A stretch of 63,015 nt of DNA, filler included, from Octopus bimaculoides (lineage: Eukaryota): NCBI RefSeq assembly GCF_001194135.2. It is 4 parts of 4 records of this genome, joined end to end, with 100 filler letters (N's around TTAATTAATTAA, not from the genome) between each part and the next. Parts side by side here need not be neighbours in the genome. Positions count along the whole stretch, not along the records: positions 61,069 to 63,015 come from NC_068994.1; 3 more parts are not named here. The stretch is one strand, 5' to 3'. The notes under the pieces are model-generated. The model was not told the DNA's origin. It saw only the letters and a program-made list of their open reading frames with translations, and searched no databases. Each line of letters starts with the position of its first letter. The stretch's first letter is position 1. Below are positions 62,697 through 63,015 of the stretch, piece after piece. The position numbers and the translations under genes were made by a program.

Positions 62697-62955
62697 GAGG
62701 AGGCTCGTGGCTTAGTGGTTAGGGTGTCAGCACCATGATCGTAAGACTGTGGTTTCAATTCCTAGACCGGGCGACGCGTTGTGTTCTTGAGCAAAACACT
62801 TCATTTCACGTTGCTCTAGTCCACTCAGCTGGCAAAAATGAGTAACGCTGCGATGGACTGGCGTCCTGTCCAGCTGGGGAACACATACGCCATTGAAACC
62901 GGGAAACCTGGACCATGAGCCTGGCTAGGCTTTAAAAGGGTGCATTTATTTATTA
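62697..62955 (+). mobile_element. SINE with family-D head and a third 3' body
   Basis: tRNA-like head plus gtgttcttgagcaaaacacttcatttcacgttgctctagtccactcagctg, then an unrelated tail ending in (TTTA)n. Confidence 0.75.
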
Positions 62956-63015
62956 TTTTAATTCCGTGTTCATTTCTCTGAATGGTAGTATTATCTGGAG
63001 TGTATATATATATAT

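Overview
AT-rich, repeat- and microsatellite-dense animal genomic DNA with many N gaps. The repeat landscape looks like an octopus (coleoid cephalopod) genome; this is my inference. Two complete spliced genes lie in tandem on the minus strand, both reconstructed by hand with GT-AG introns and consistent phases. BUB3 has 6 coding exons (58896 to 53475, 984 nt, 327 aa). HACD3/PTPLAD1 has 10 coding exons (51727 to 41379, 1101 nt, 366 aa). I found no supportable host gene in 1-41 kb. That region holds tRNA-derived SINEs, RTE 3' ends, a Tx1/L1-clade LINE, an R4/Dong-like LINE fragment, mariner and maT-like relics, and MITEs. Three identical 44N-TTAATTAATTAA-44N spacers show the window is four separately assembled blocks. 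The best unexplained signals are: a ~520 bp foldback in HACD3 intron 1 carrying two opposed minimal hammerhead-ribozyme motifs; a second hammerhead relic at 15.1 kb; a 107-nt near-perfect hairpin at 11.7 kb; a CpG-decay footprint over the gene bodies; and nested SINE insertions into one SINE head. Almost all ORFs in the supplied track are artefacts of simple repeats or N runs. Repeat boundaries are approximate unless TSD/TIR coordinates are given.
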